This document shows, piece after piece, positions 27,895 to 36,214 of a DNA stretch of 63,866 nt. A program made the position numbers and the translations under genes. This DNA is from a virus (lineage: Duplodnaviria; Caudoviricetes): IMG/VR virus record IMGVR_UViG_3300037421_000079, positions 1-63,866 of that record; one strand, 5' to 3'. Below the pieces are notes generated by a model. It worked only from the letters and a program-made list of their open reading frames with translations, did no database searches and was not told the DNA's origin. How positions within the stretch are numbered: the first letter of the stretch is position 1; every line of letters begins with the position of its first letter.

Positions 27895-28820
27895 TGGCTC
27901 TCAACGACTATCTCAAACAGGTCCAGAGGCTGTGTCGGGAGCAACGGCAGCAGTACCTTAATCCGGAGGACTGCATCGATTACATAAACAGAGCGCGGCG
28001 CGAGGTTGCCAACTTGACGCAGTGCGTGCGCGTGACGCCGCCGATCAGCGGCCAGATCATGTCGGCGTCGGTCATCACGGCGGGGGCCGGGTACTCGGCG
28101 ACCCCAACCGTCTCGATCACGCCTCCCGACTTCCCGTCCGGGCAACTGCCCGCCCCCAACGGGTCGCAGGCGACTGCGGGCGCGATCGTGAGTTCCGGGA
28201 CGATCTCGTCAGTCACAATCGGGTTTGGGGGCTACGGGTACTTCCAGCCACAGATCAACATTACGGATGCGACCGGGGTTGGGGCGACTGTGACGCCGAA
28301 CTTGACGCCGATGAATTTGTTGAAACAGGCACAAGAGCGGTACGACTTCTCAAGTATAAACCTTTCAACTTTTCCAGGTGTAACTGCTATTACAAGTGTT
28401 CGTTCAGTATCTATAATTTATGCTAACTATAGATACTCGCTTCCACAGTATAGTTGGACCACTTACCAAAGTATGATAAGGTCTTTTCCATATCAATACC
28501 AATATGTACCTGCGATGTGCTGTCAGTTCGGGCAAGGCGAGAATGGAAGTATGTTTTTTTACCCACTTCCGTCACAGACTTACCAGATGGAGTGGGATTG
28601 TGCGTGTCGACCACAGAATTTGATCGACGATCAGAGCGTTGAAGTCTTGCCTTATCCGTGGGTTGACTGTGTCCCGTTTCTTGCCTGTATGTTCGGCTTT
28701 CAAGAATTACAAAATTACAACGTGGCCAAGTACTACGAAGATCAATTCAAGCGCTATTTAATTAGCGAGAGCAATGCAGCCAGAATATCGAGGGCCGTGA
28801 ATCCGTACGGGCGTTACTGA
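27894..28820 (+). CDS. Head-tail adaptor / tail tubular A-like, paralog 2
   Basis: LNDYL...INRARREVA...PLPS..Y...LPYPWVDCVPFLA. Confidence 0.65.
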   Translation: MALNDYLKQVQRLCREQRQQYLNPEDCIDYINRARREVANLTQCVRVTPPISGQIMSASVITAGAGYSATPTVSITPPDFPSGQLPAPNGSQATAGAIVSSGTISSVTIGFGGYGYFQPQINITDATGVGATVTPNLTPMNLLKQAQERYDFSSINLSTFPGVTAITSVRSVSIIYANYRYSLPQYSWTTYQSMIRSFPYQYQYVPAMCCQFGQGENGSMFFYPLPSQTYQMEWDCACRPQNLIDDQSVEVLPYPWVDCVPFLACMFGFQELQNYNVAKYYEDQFKRYLISESNAARISRAVNPYGRY

Positions 28821-29521
28821 GAAGGTTCAGGCATGTTTTCGATAATAGCCTTGGCAATGAAATACATGTCGAAATCAGTCCCTATTCCTTTGGTGGCGTT
28901 ACACCCCCACAAAATAAAACGTGTATTAGTTTGCGTATATCCAATTTTAGAATCTATTCGATCTACGCTCGGAGAAAAAGGATGTGGGCCATGCCCTTTA
29001 TATCCCGCAGCGAATGGCAATTTTGTTATTTCACAAAATCCAGTCCAGCGGCTGCGCGCCCAATCATCATCTAGCTCATACGTTATATTTTTCTCTTTAG
29101 CCCGGCTTCTTGCCGAAAGAAGTAAATACGCCCAAGGTTTGGAGGATTCTAATTTTGACCGGTGACGACTGCTATAAATCGGCTCTCGTTCGCGATACCA
29201 CTCAGGCTTTAAGTGCCTGCGCGCTCGAACTCGCGCGTTGTGTTCTTCACGATGTTTATGCCTCCAGCTTCGCCCAAAACAAATCCTGGAGCAGTATTTT
29301 TGTGATCTTTTTGTTTTCAAAAAAGGAGTGCTACAAATTTCACAGGTGGCTTCTTTTCTTGTGTATTTTGTATCGTCGGGATGTCGATCGTAGGCGCGAG
29401 AATAACATTCTCGCGAGCAAAATCTCTTGGGGCGCCCTCCTTGTAATTTACGAACGAATGGTTTTTCGCACTCTTCGCAAGCAACGACGATTGCACCGGG
29501 AGGAAGTGTCAGGTCATCCAC
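28814..29521 (-). CDS. Zn-finger homing-endonuclease-like protein
   Basis: Two CxxC...FCSxxC repeats; SPSVDRIDSKIGY..TN...CN; low GC. Confidence 0.75.
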   Translation of the reverse strand: MDDLTLPPGAIVVACEECEKPFVRKLQGGRPKRFCSRECYSRAYDRHPDDTKYTRKEATCEICSTPFLKTKRSQKYCSRICFGRSWRHKHREEHNARVRARRHLKPEWYREREPIYSSRHRSKLESSKPWAYLLLSARSRAKEKNITYELDDDWARSRWTGFCEITKLPFAAGYKGHGPHPFSPSVDRIDSKIGYTQTNTRFILWGCNATKGIGTDFDMYFIAKAIIENMPEPSQ

Positions 29522-29651
29522 GTTCCGTCTCCCGGTATTTATCCACAATTCGCCGGACTAAGTCCGACACGGTAATCCCGAGTCGCTTCGCTTCCTTCTT
29601 GAGGAACTGGAGCTGCGGGTCGGTGAAGACGACAGATTGCTTCGTGCTCAT
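29514..29651 (-). CDS. CopG/RHH regulator (45 aa; absent from the ORF track)
   Basis: MSTKQSVVFTDPQLQFLKKEAKRLGITVSDLVRRIVDKY. Confidence 0.8.
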   Translation of the reverse strand: MSTKQSVVFTDPQLQFLKKEAKRLGITVSDLVRRIVDKYRETERG

Positions 29652-29687
29652 GGGCACCCTATTAGCACCCTTTGCGGAGGCTGTCAA
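29652..29687 (-). promoter_or_regulatory. Sigma70 promoter with AGGGTGC direct repeats (leaderless transcript)
   Basis: TTGACA-N17-TAATAG-N7-ATG; GCACCCT x2 flanks the -10. Confidence 0.75.
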
Positions 29688-31981
29688 TGCCCATTGACGC
29701 CCCCCGCCCTCCCACCGAGCAGGAAAATCCGTTCCTCCCCGCTGGGCCTCCTCCCAACATCCTGGAGGACTTCGCCGGCATCAACACGTCCACGACCCGG
29801 GCCGGCGTCGACGACAAGCAGATGTGGTGGTGCGACGGGTTTTACCCGATCGACCGGCGCAACTTGCGGACCATGTACGGGGTGGGGCCGGCGCTCTACA
29901 CGGCGACCGGCGGGCTCACGATCGTCATGTACGCGTTTGCCAACATCGGGGCGACCCCGTACGCGATCGTGTTCCTGTCGGACGGCTCCGTCGTGGCCGT
30001 CAACACCAATACGGCGGCGGTCACGACCGTGATGACGGCGGGGACCATCGTCAGTTCGAGCATCCAGACGATCGGCGTCTCTCAGTGGGGCCGGCAATTC
30101 GTCATCATCGTCTCGGGCTCGGTCGGAAACCCGAATGGGTATTGGCTGTGGGATGGCTCGCTTCTCTACGGTCCCGGCGCGCTCGGGCCGATTGTCACGC
30201 TCACCAATACGGGCACGTCTTACGTATCTGCACCAGGCGTTCTTGTTTCGGGCGGGCACGGCATGGGGGCCACCTTTGCGGCGGCTATCGCCAATGGCGT
30301 TGTGACGAGCGTGACTATCACCAACCCGGGCTCAGGCTATTTGGCGGGTGACAGCGTCAGCCTTGTGTTTTCTGGCGGCAACTCGACCGGATCGGGTGCG
30401 TCGATAACGGCGGCACTCGGCCACGCGGCAGGAAGTGGCGCTTCGCTTACCGCGCTCACCAGCTTGGTTCCGGCAGGGTTCAATAGTCACTACACGGTTT
30501 ACAGCGTCAGCATCGTCAATGGCGGGTCAGGCTACAGCGCGTTCGCGGCGGCGACGTGTTCGAGTGGCAACTCTGTCGGTGGGCAGCAGGCAGCCTTGGG
30601 GCTGACAATTTCAGGTGGCGTCATTACTGGCGTCAGCATCGCCAATGGCGGCGTGTATTCCACCAGCACGGTGCCGACCGTGGCGGTTAACGATACCGGG
30701 CTCTACTACGTGGCGTCGACCAGCATCGTTGCGCCTGGTTCAGGGTACAGCAATGCCGTGAAGATAACTGCGTCTGGCGGCGGTGGTCCAGTGACGCAAG
30801 CGACGTTTCAGGCGGGACTGACGAACGGTTCGATCACGTCGGTCTTGATAACGAATCCGGGCGTTTATGGGAGCAACAGCGCCCCGACTCTCGCGATCAG
30901 CGACACGTTCGTGACCGCCGCCGGTACTGTCCAACTGATGCCGTTCGGCATCCAGGGCACGGCGGTGCAGACGTACGCGGGGCGGGTGTGGGTCGCGAAT
31001 GGCGCCAGTGTGTTCTTCACCGCGCCGGGCTCGCAGATCGACTTTGCCACCAGCGACGGTGGCGGCAACTTCATCTCGTCCGATTCATTCCTGCGGGTGT
31101 TTTACTCGCAACTCATTCAGACCAACGGGTTCCTGTACCTGATTGGGGATTCCTCGCTCAACTATATCTCAGGCGTTTCGGTCTCAGGCTCGCCTCCGAC
31201 CACGACATTCACCAACCAGAACGCCGACCCGCAGGTAGGGACGCCCTACGCGTCGACCGGCGACCTGTTTGGCCGCAACATCGTGTTCGCCAACAGCTTC
31301 GGGGTGCACGTCAGTTACGGGGCGGCCGTCACCAAGATCAGCGAAGCGCTCGACGGAGTCTGGAATACAGTCGCTAATTTCGGCGGCCTGCAGCTGTCGG
31401 CCGCCAACGCGACGGTGTTCGGCAAGCGCATCTGGATGGTGCTCAGCCAGATCATCGACCCAGTCACGCTCGCGACCGTCAACCGGCTGTTCTGCTGGGA
31501 CGGCAAGAAGTGGTTCGCGACCCACCAGGATCACGCCCTCACGTTCATCCAGCACCAGGAGATCAACTCGGTGTTCATCGCCTACGGGACGGACGGCACC
31601 ACTATCTGGCCGCTGTTCCAGAGTCCGTCGTCGGGCTTTACCAAGGTGGTGCAGTCGCGCCTGTGGGACGCGCCCGGCGGCTATCTGTTCAACAAGACCG
31701 AGACTCGATTCTGGGCACTGGCGCAGTATTACTCTGCGTCTTCGCCCGACCTGACGGTCGACATCGACAACGAGCAGAATGCCTACCCGTACGCGACTCA
31801 GACCGGGAGCGCTCACGTGACGATCACGGGTCCGGCCGGGGCGGGCTACTTCGTGACGCCCCCGCAGGCGGTCGGGCAGGCGGGCGTGCTGTCCGGCATG
31901 ACCATCAGGACGACGGCGGCCGACATGTCGCTGATCAGCGCGATGCTGGGCGGCTACGCGGTCGCGGCTTACAGGGGCTGA
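29687..31981 (+). CDS. Tail tubular B / nozzle-like protein with Gly-rich repeat insert
   Basis: FAGINT N-terminus; YAGRVWVA propeller-like segment; TNPGSGY repeats. Confidence 0.65.
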   Translation: MPIDAPRPPTEQENPFLPAGPPPNILEDFAGINTSTTRAGVDDKQMWWCDGFYPIDRRNLRTMYGVGPALYTATGGLTIVMYAFANIGATPYAIVFLSDGSVVAVNTNTAAVTTVMTAGTIVSSSIQTIGVSQWGRQFVIIVSGSVGNPNGYWLWDGSLLYGPGALGPIVTLTNTGTSYVSAPGVLVSGGHGMGATFAAAIANGVVTSVTITNPGSGYLAGDSVSLVFSGGNSTGSGASITAALGHAAGSGASLTALTSLVPAGFNSHYTVYSVSIVNGGSGYSAFAAATCSSGNSVGGQQAALGLTISGGVITGVSIANGGVYSTSTVPTVAVNDTGLYYVASTSIVAPGSGYSNAVKITASGGGGPVTQATFQAGLTNGSITSVLITNPGVYGSNSAPTLAISDTFVTAAGTVQLMPFGIQGTAVQTYAGRVWVANGASVFFTAPGSQIDFATSDGGGNFISSDSFLRVFYSQLIQTNGFLYLIGDSSLNYISGVSVSGSPPTTTFTNQNADPQVGTPYASTGDLFGRNIVFANSFGVHVSYGAAVTKISEALDGVWNTVANFGGLQLSAANATVFGKRIWMVLSQIIDPVTLATVNRLFCWDGKKWFATHQDHALTFIQHQEINSVFIAYGTDGTTIWPLFQSPSSGFTKVVQSRLWDAPGGYLFNKTETRFWALAQYYSASSPDLTVDIDNEQNAYPYATQTGSAHVTITGPAGAGYFVTPPQAVGQAGVLSGMTIRTTAADMSLISAMLGGYAVAAYRG

Positions 31982-31983
31982 TG

Positions 31984-32358
31984 ATGGCCAGTCTAGCCGC
32001 ACTTTGGAATATCCCTCAGTCGCCGGCCGAGTTCGCCATGTGGACCTTCAACCATGCGGCCACCCACCAGGACATCAACCGGTTCATCAGCCAGCAGTTC
32101 GCCCCGAACGGGCAGCCGGGCAGCGGACTGGTGCTGCCGTCCTATGTGCTCGACCCGACCGACCCCAAGGACCCGAACGCGACGCTGACCTGGGCCTATC
32201 AGCACGCGATTATGCACCAGAATCAGAATGCCGTATTGGGCATTGCCGGGCAGGACCTCACTGAGTTAGACTGGCAGGACGCAGAAGCCATGGCGGGCTG
32301 GTTCCAGGATCACGTTTTCGAGCACGTGCAGGCCGCCCAGAAGCTAGGAATCCCCTGA
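31984..32358 (+). CDS. His-rich virion hypothetical protein
   Basis: HAATH, HAIMH, HVFEH. Confidence 0.7.
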   Translation: MASLAALWNIPQSPAEFAMWTFNHAATHQDINRFISQQFAPNGQPGSGLVLPSYVLDPTDPKDPNATLTWAYQHAIMHQNQNAVLGIAGQDLTELDWQDAEAMAGWFQDHVFEHVQAAQKLGIP

Positions 32359-32522
32359 TGCGCGACGAAGATTTTATTACTCTTCGAGAAACGGTGAAGT
32401 GCACGTTCGTCTACCTCTCGGATGAGCCGCTGCTGCCGATCACGCACTATGTCGGGTTCGTACCCGTAGTGAACTCGGCTGAGCCCGAGCCGAAGCGATA
32501 CCAGTTCCGAAGGAGTGATTGA
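32358..32522 (+). CDS. Small hypothetical protein
   Basis: TGATG coupling at both ends. Confidence 0.45.
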   Translation: MRDEDFITLRETVKCTFVYLSDEPLLPITHYVGFVPVVNSAEPEPKRYQFRRSD

Positions 32523-33004
32523 TGGCCCAGCCCGCCCGCAAGCCAGACGAGCCCGTTGCCGCCGCTGGCGGCCACCAGTCCGTCATCCGCCGGTTCGACC
32601 TCGCGGACCTGCAGGAGCACGGCGGCTGGATCATCCCGCGCCTGCGCGAGGCGTACCCGAGCGTGCGCGAGGGCGCGCTCGCCGGCTGGCTCAAGAGCGC
32701 GATCTACTCCAACGAGCACATGTTCCTCTACTGCCCGGACGGGGTCGCGATGGCGCAGGTGCTGCGCAACATCAGCCTGGAGGCCGCCCCGTTCGTGCAG
32801 GAGCGGTTCGTCTGGGTGCGGGACAAGAGCGACCCCGAGCAGGTGCGGTCGTGCGCGCGTTTCTACGAGGAGTTCCACCGCTGGGCCAAGCAGCTCGGCT
32901 GCGAGGTCATGTTCGTGGAGGAGTCGTCCGACGTGCCGCACGAGATGGTCAAGGAGAAGGTCGGCCGGGTGTTCACTCGCACGCAGCAGTTTGTGAGGAT
33001 GTAG
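32522..33004 (+). CDS. GNAT-like virion assembly protein
   Basis: QERFVWV...EEFHRWAKQLGC; sits before the ejection proteins. Confidence 0.5.
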   Translation: MAQPARKPDEPVAAAGGHQSVIRRFDLADLQEHGGWIIPRLREAYPSVREGALAGWLKSAIYSNEHMFLYCPDGVAMAQVLRNISLEAAPFVQERFVWVRDKSDPEQVRSCARFYEEFHRWAKQLGCEVMFVEESSDVPHEMVKEKVGRVFTRTQQFVRM

Positions 33005-33005
33005 C

Positions 33006-33485
33006 GTGTCGATCATCTACCGGCGAGTGAAGTACGAGGAGGCGCGTGGTGTCATCGACGCGCTGCTGCCCGCGCACCACGCCGAGTTCGGCGATGCTGA
33101 CCTCCCGCTCGCGATGAACTGGGACTTCTACTGCGCTCTGGAGAAGCTGGGCCACATGTTCTGGGTGGTGGCGAGCGAAGACGAAAGGCCAATCGGGTAC
33201 GCGTTCGCGTTCGTGCACCCACACCCGTCCTCGATCGGCAGTCTCGTCGGCACCGTGGCGATATTCTTCGTGGAGGAACGGCCGGGACGAGCGCTTCTCG
33301 TGCGCTCGCTGCTCGGGCATACGATCTGGCTGCTCAAGAGCTATCCGATCCGTCGCGTATACGTTCGCACCGATTACGAGCGCAGCGTCGGCCGCCTGTT
33401 GGAGCCTATCGGCTTCGAGCCTATCGATGTAGGCTACGGCATGGTGGTCGAGACCAGGGAGGCGGCTCATGCCAGAGCTTCTTGA
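33006..33485 (+). CDS. GNAT-fold acetyltransferase-like protein
   Basis: PIGY...FFVEE..GRALL...LLEPIGF. Confidence 0.6.
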   Translation: MSIIYRRVKYEEARGVIDALLPAHHAEFGDADLPLAMNWDFYCALEKLGHMFWVVASEDERPIGYAFAFVHPHPSSIGSLVGTVAIFFVEERPGRALLVRSLLGHTIWLLKSYPIRRVYVRTDYERSVGRLLEPIGFEPIDVGYGMVVETREAAHARAS

Positions 33486-34518
33486 CCTTGCCCCGGCGTT
33501 CGGGGAGGCCCTCACTGGCCTGTTCGGGGCGGGTGAGGCCGCAGCGCCGGACTTGGCGGCGGGCGCGCTCAGCGGCGCGGCGACCGGCACGGCGAGCGCT
33601 GGCTTGGACCTCGCGTCGATGGCGGCTCCCGCAGGCGCTGCGGGTCTCTCGGCGGGCAACTTCGCGGCGGCCGATAGTGCGCTGCCGATGAATGCCTCGC
33701 TGACCTCTGGTACCGGCAACCTGACCGACATGGCGATGACCGGGCCGGGCATCAACCTGCCGGCCCTCGACCCGAATACCGGCATGCCGCTCTCGTCGCC
33801 CGGCACGTTCGACGCGACCTCCGGGGCGTCCGGCGGCTGGGGTGGAACAATGACCAGCGGGACTGCGCCGTCGATCACGCCAGCGGCCGACCCGCTGGCG
33901 TCGCTCGACGTGACGGGCGCGGCAGGTCAGGCGACCGGCGCGGCGACCGGCGCCACATCCGCACTGCCCGCCGACCAGAGCCTGCTCAGCAGTCTCCTGT
34001 CCGGCGCGACCAAACAGGTGACCGGCAACCCGGTCGGCCTCGCGGCGGCTACGGGCGGCCTGGCGCTCAACTTGCTCAAGGGCAACCAGACCGACCCGGC
34101 GCTCGCCCAAGAGGCCCAGCTTGCCAACTCGGCCAACGCGCAGGCCGCCCAGATGACCAAGTACCTGCAGACCGGCACCCTGCCGCCGGGCTTGCAGACG
34201 GCGGTCGACCAAGCGGTGGCGGCCCAGAAGGCCAGGATCATCTCCAATCACGCCGCGCAGGGCCAGAGTACGGACCCGACCCAGAACAGCGCGCTCGCCC
34301 AGGAATTGTCGAGCATCGATCTTCAGGCGACCGCCCAGATCGCCCAGATCGCCACCAGCCTCTACACGCAGGGCATCAACATGATGCAGATCGACGCCAG
34401 CCTGCTCAACAACATCTACCAGGCCGACGTGGCGCAGAACAAACAGGTTGGCGACGCGCTGACGAACTTCGCGAAGGCGCTCGCGCCTTCCACCAACTTG
34501 AACTTGGTCAAGGTGTGA
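33469..34518 (+). CDS. Internal virion / DNA ejection protein (putative)
   Basis: Ala/Gly-rich N-terminus, Gln-rich helical C-terminus. Confidence 0.6.
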   Translation: MPELLDLAPAFGEALTGLFGAGEAAAPDLAAGALSGAATGTASAGLDLASMAAPAGAAGLSAGNFAAADSALPMNASLTSGTGNLTDMAMTGPGINLPALDPNTGMPLSSPGTFDATSGASGGWGGTMTSGTAPSITPAADPLASLDVTGAAGQATGAATGATSALPADQSLLSSLLSGATKQVTGNPVGLAAATGGLALNLLKGNQTDPALAQEAQLANSANAQAAQMTKYLQTGTLPPGLQTAVDQAVAAQKARIISNHAAQGQSTDPTQNSALAQELSSIDLQATAQIAQIATSLYTQGINMMQIDASLLNNIYQADVAQNKQVGDALTNFAKALAPSTNLNLVKV

Positions 34519-34519
34519 C

Positions 34520-36214
34520 GTGGCCGACGGCGACGCCACCACCCTGGAGCGGACGGACGACCAGCCGGTCGACATCGCGGCTGAGGCGGCCCCGCGCTTG
34601 GGCGTTCCCAGCCTGACGGCCGACATCCCGCCGGACGTGTCCGAGGGACTTGCGGGCCTGCAGCGCGATAAGCTCGCCAGGACCGAGGCGGTCGCCGAGC
34701 GCACGTTCGCGGGTCTCGACCAGGATCGCACCCGGGCGCTGCGCGCCTATGAGGCGTCGGGCGTTGGCCCCAACGACGTGCGGCCGTGGAACGCCGAGGC
34801 CGAGTGGAAGGACCGCAACTCCGACCCACTGGAGCGGTTCGGCTCGCTTGCGTCCGTGGTCGGTATCCTGGGGGCGGCCTTCACCCACCAGCCGCTGACC
34901 AACTCGCTCAACGCGTCGGCCGCCGCCATGGAGGCCATCAAGGCGGGAGACGCGGAGAGCTACAAGCGCGCGCACGAGGCCTGGAAGGACAACAGCGAAC
35001 TCGTCATCAAGCGCGCCCAGATGATGCACCAGCACTACCAGGACGCCGTCGAGCTGATGAAGACCGACATGGTGGCGGGCGAGGCTAAGATGAGGGTGGT
35101 GGCCAACCAGTTCGGCGACAAGCAGGCGCTGTTCTTGACCGAGCACGGCATGAACGCCGACCTGATGACGCTGATCGAGAAGCGCAACAAGGCGAATCTC
35201 GACTACGCGGAGCACATGCCGGCCGCCATGCAGGCGGCCGAGAAGACCGCCGACCTGATGGAGAGCACCCGGGACATCCCCAAGGGCAGCCCCGAGTACG
35301 CGCAGGCGGTACACGAGTGGAACGCCCGCTGGGACCCGTACGCGACGCGTCGGGCGGGACAGACTGGTGCCGACCAGGAATTTATTCGGCATTACTATGC
35401 CGAGAAACCGAACTCCACCACGGAAGAATTTACTCAGGCGTTCGGCGAGTTCAAGCGGGGCCAGAAGCCCGAGAAGACGCTCACGCCCGACCAGGAGTTC
35501 GTGCAGCGGTTCTTCGCCGAGCACCCAGACGCCAACACGGTAGACTTCGCCAAGGCGTACGACGACTTCAAGGCGAAGCAGAAGCCGGCCGGGAACGCGC
35601 CCGTGCGCACGCCCGGCCGTGCCCAGCAGGAGGAGATCGACCGGCGCACGAAGGAGTACGAGGCTGCCGGCATGGACCACCAGGCAGCGTTCAACCGGGC
35701 CACCAAGGAGGTGAAGACCGTCAGCGCGCCGCCGATCACCGGCAACAAGCGCGAGCAGCTCGAAGGCCACGTCCAGCAGTACGACAACGCGGTCGACATC
35801 ATCGACAAGTCCACCAAGGTGCTGGAGAAGTACGTGGGCGCCGCCGGCATCGCGGGCCGCATCACCCGCACCAAGGAGCGGATCGGCAACATCTTCGGCT
35901 CGAACGACACCGACCGGGTGCAGTTCATGCGCGACATCGAGCGCCTGCAGGCGATGGCCCCGCAGTTGTTGCTCGACCGGGCCGGCCGCCCGCTGTCTGC
36001 CGAGGCCGCCAAGATCACCGACATCGTGGCGGGCATCAACGCGGGCGACACCACTGCCAACACCATGCGGGCGCTCCGGGACCTCAAGGCGGTGCTGCGC
36101 AAGATGCAGGGTGATGCGAAGGGCCGGCTGGACGGCAAGACCGAGGCGCCCGCGGCTGAGCCCGCGCCGCCCTCGAATGCCGAGGCTCCGTGGCTCAATG
36201 ACCCGGTGAAGTGA
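34520..36214 (+). CDS. Internal virion / ejection protein (putative)
   Basis: Helical; tandem DQEF..(Y/F)AE.P repeat. Confidence 0.6.
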   Translation: MADGDATTLERTDDQPVDIAAEAAPRLGVPSLTADIPPDVSEGLAGLQRDKLARTEAVAERTFAGLDQDRTRALRAYEASGVGPNDVRPWNAEAEWKDRNSDPLERFGSLASVVGILGAAFTHQPLTNSLNASAAAMEAIKAGDAESYKRAHEAWKDNSELVIKRAQMMHQHYQDAVELMKTDMVAGEAKMRVVANQFGDKQALFLTEHGMNADLMTLIEKRNKANLDYAEHMPAAMQAAEKTADLMESTRDIPKGSPEYAQAVHEWNARWDPYATRRAGQTGADQEFIRHYYAEKPNSTTEEFTQAFGEFKRGQKPEKTLTPDQEFVQRFFAEHPDANTVDFAKAYDDFKAKQKPAGNAPVRTPGRAQQEEIDRRTKEYEAAGMDHQAAFNRATKEVKTVSAPPITGNKREQLEGHVQQYDNAVDIIDKSTKVLEKYVGAAGIAGRITRTKERIGNIFGSNDTDRVQFMRDIERLQAMAPQLLLDRAGRPLSAEAAKITDIVAGINAGDTTANTMRALRDLKAVLRKMQGDAKGRLDGKTEAPAAEPAPPSNAEAPWLNDPVK

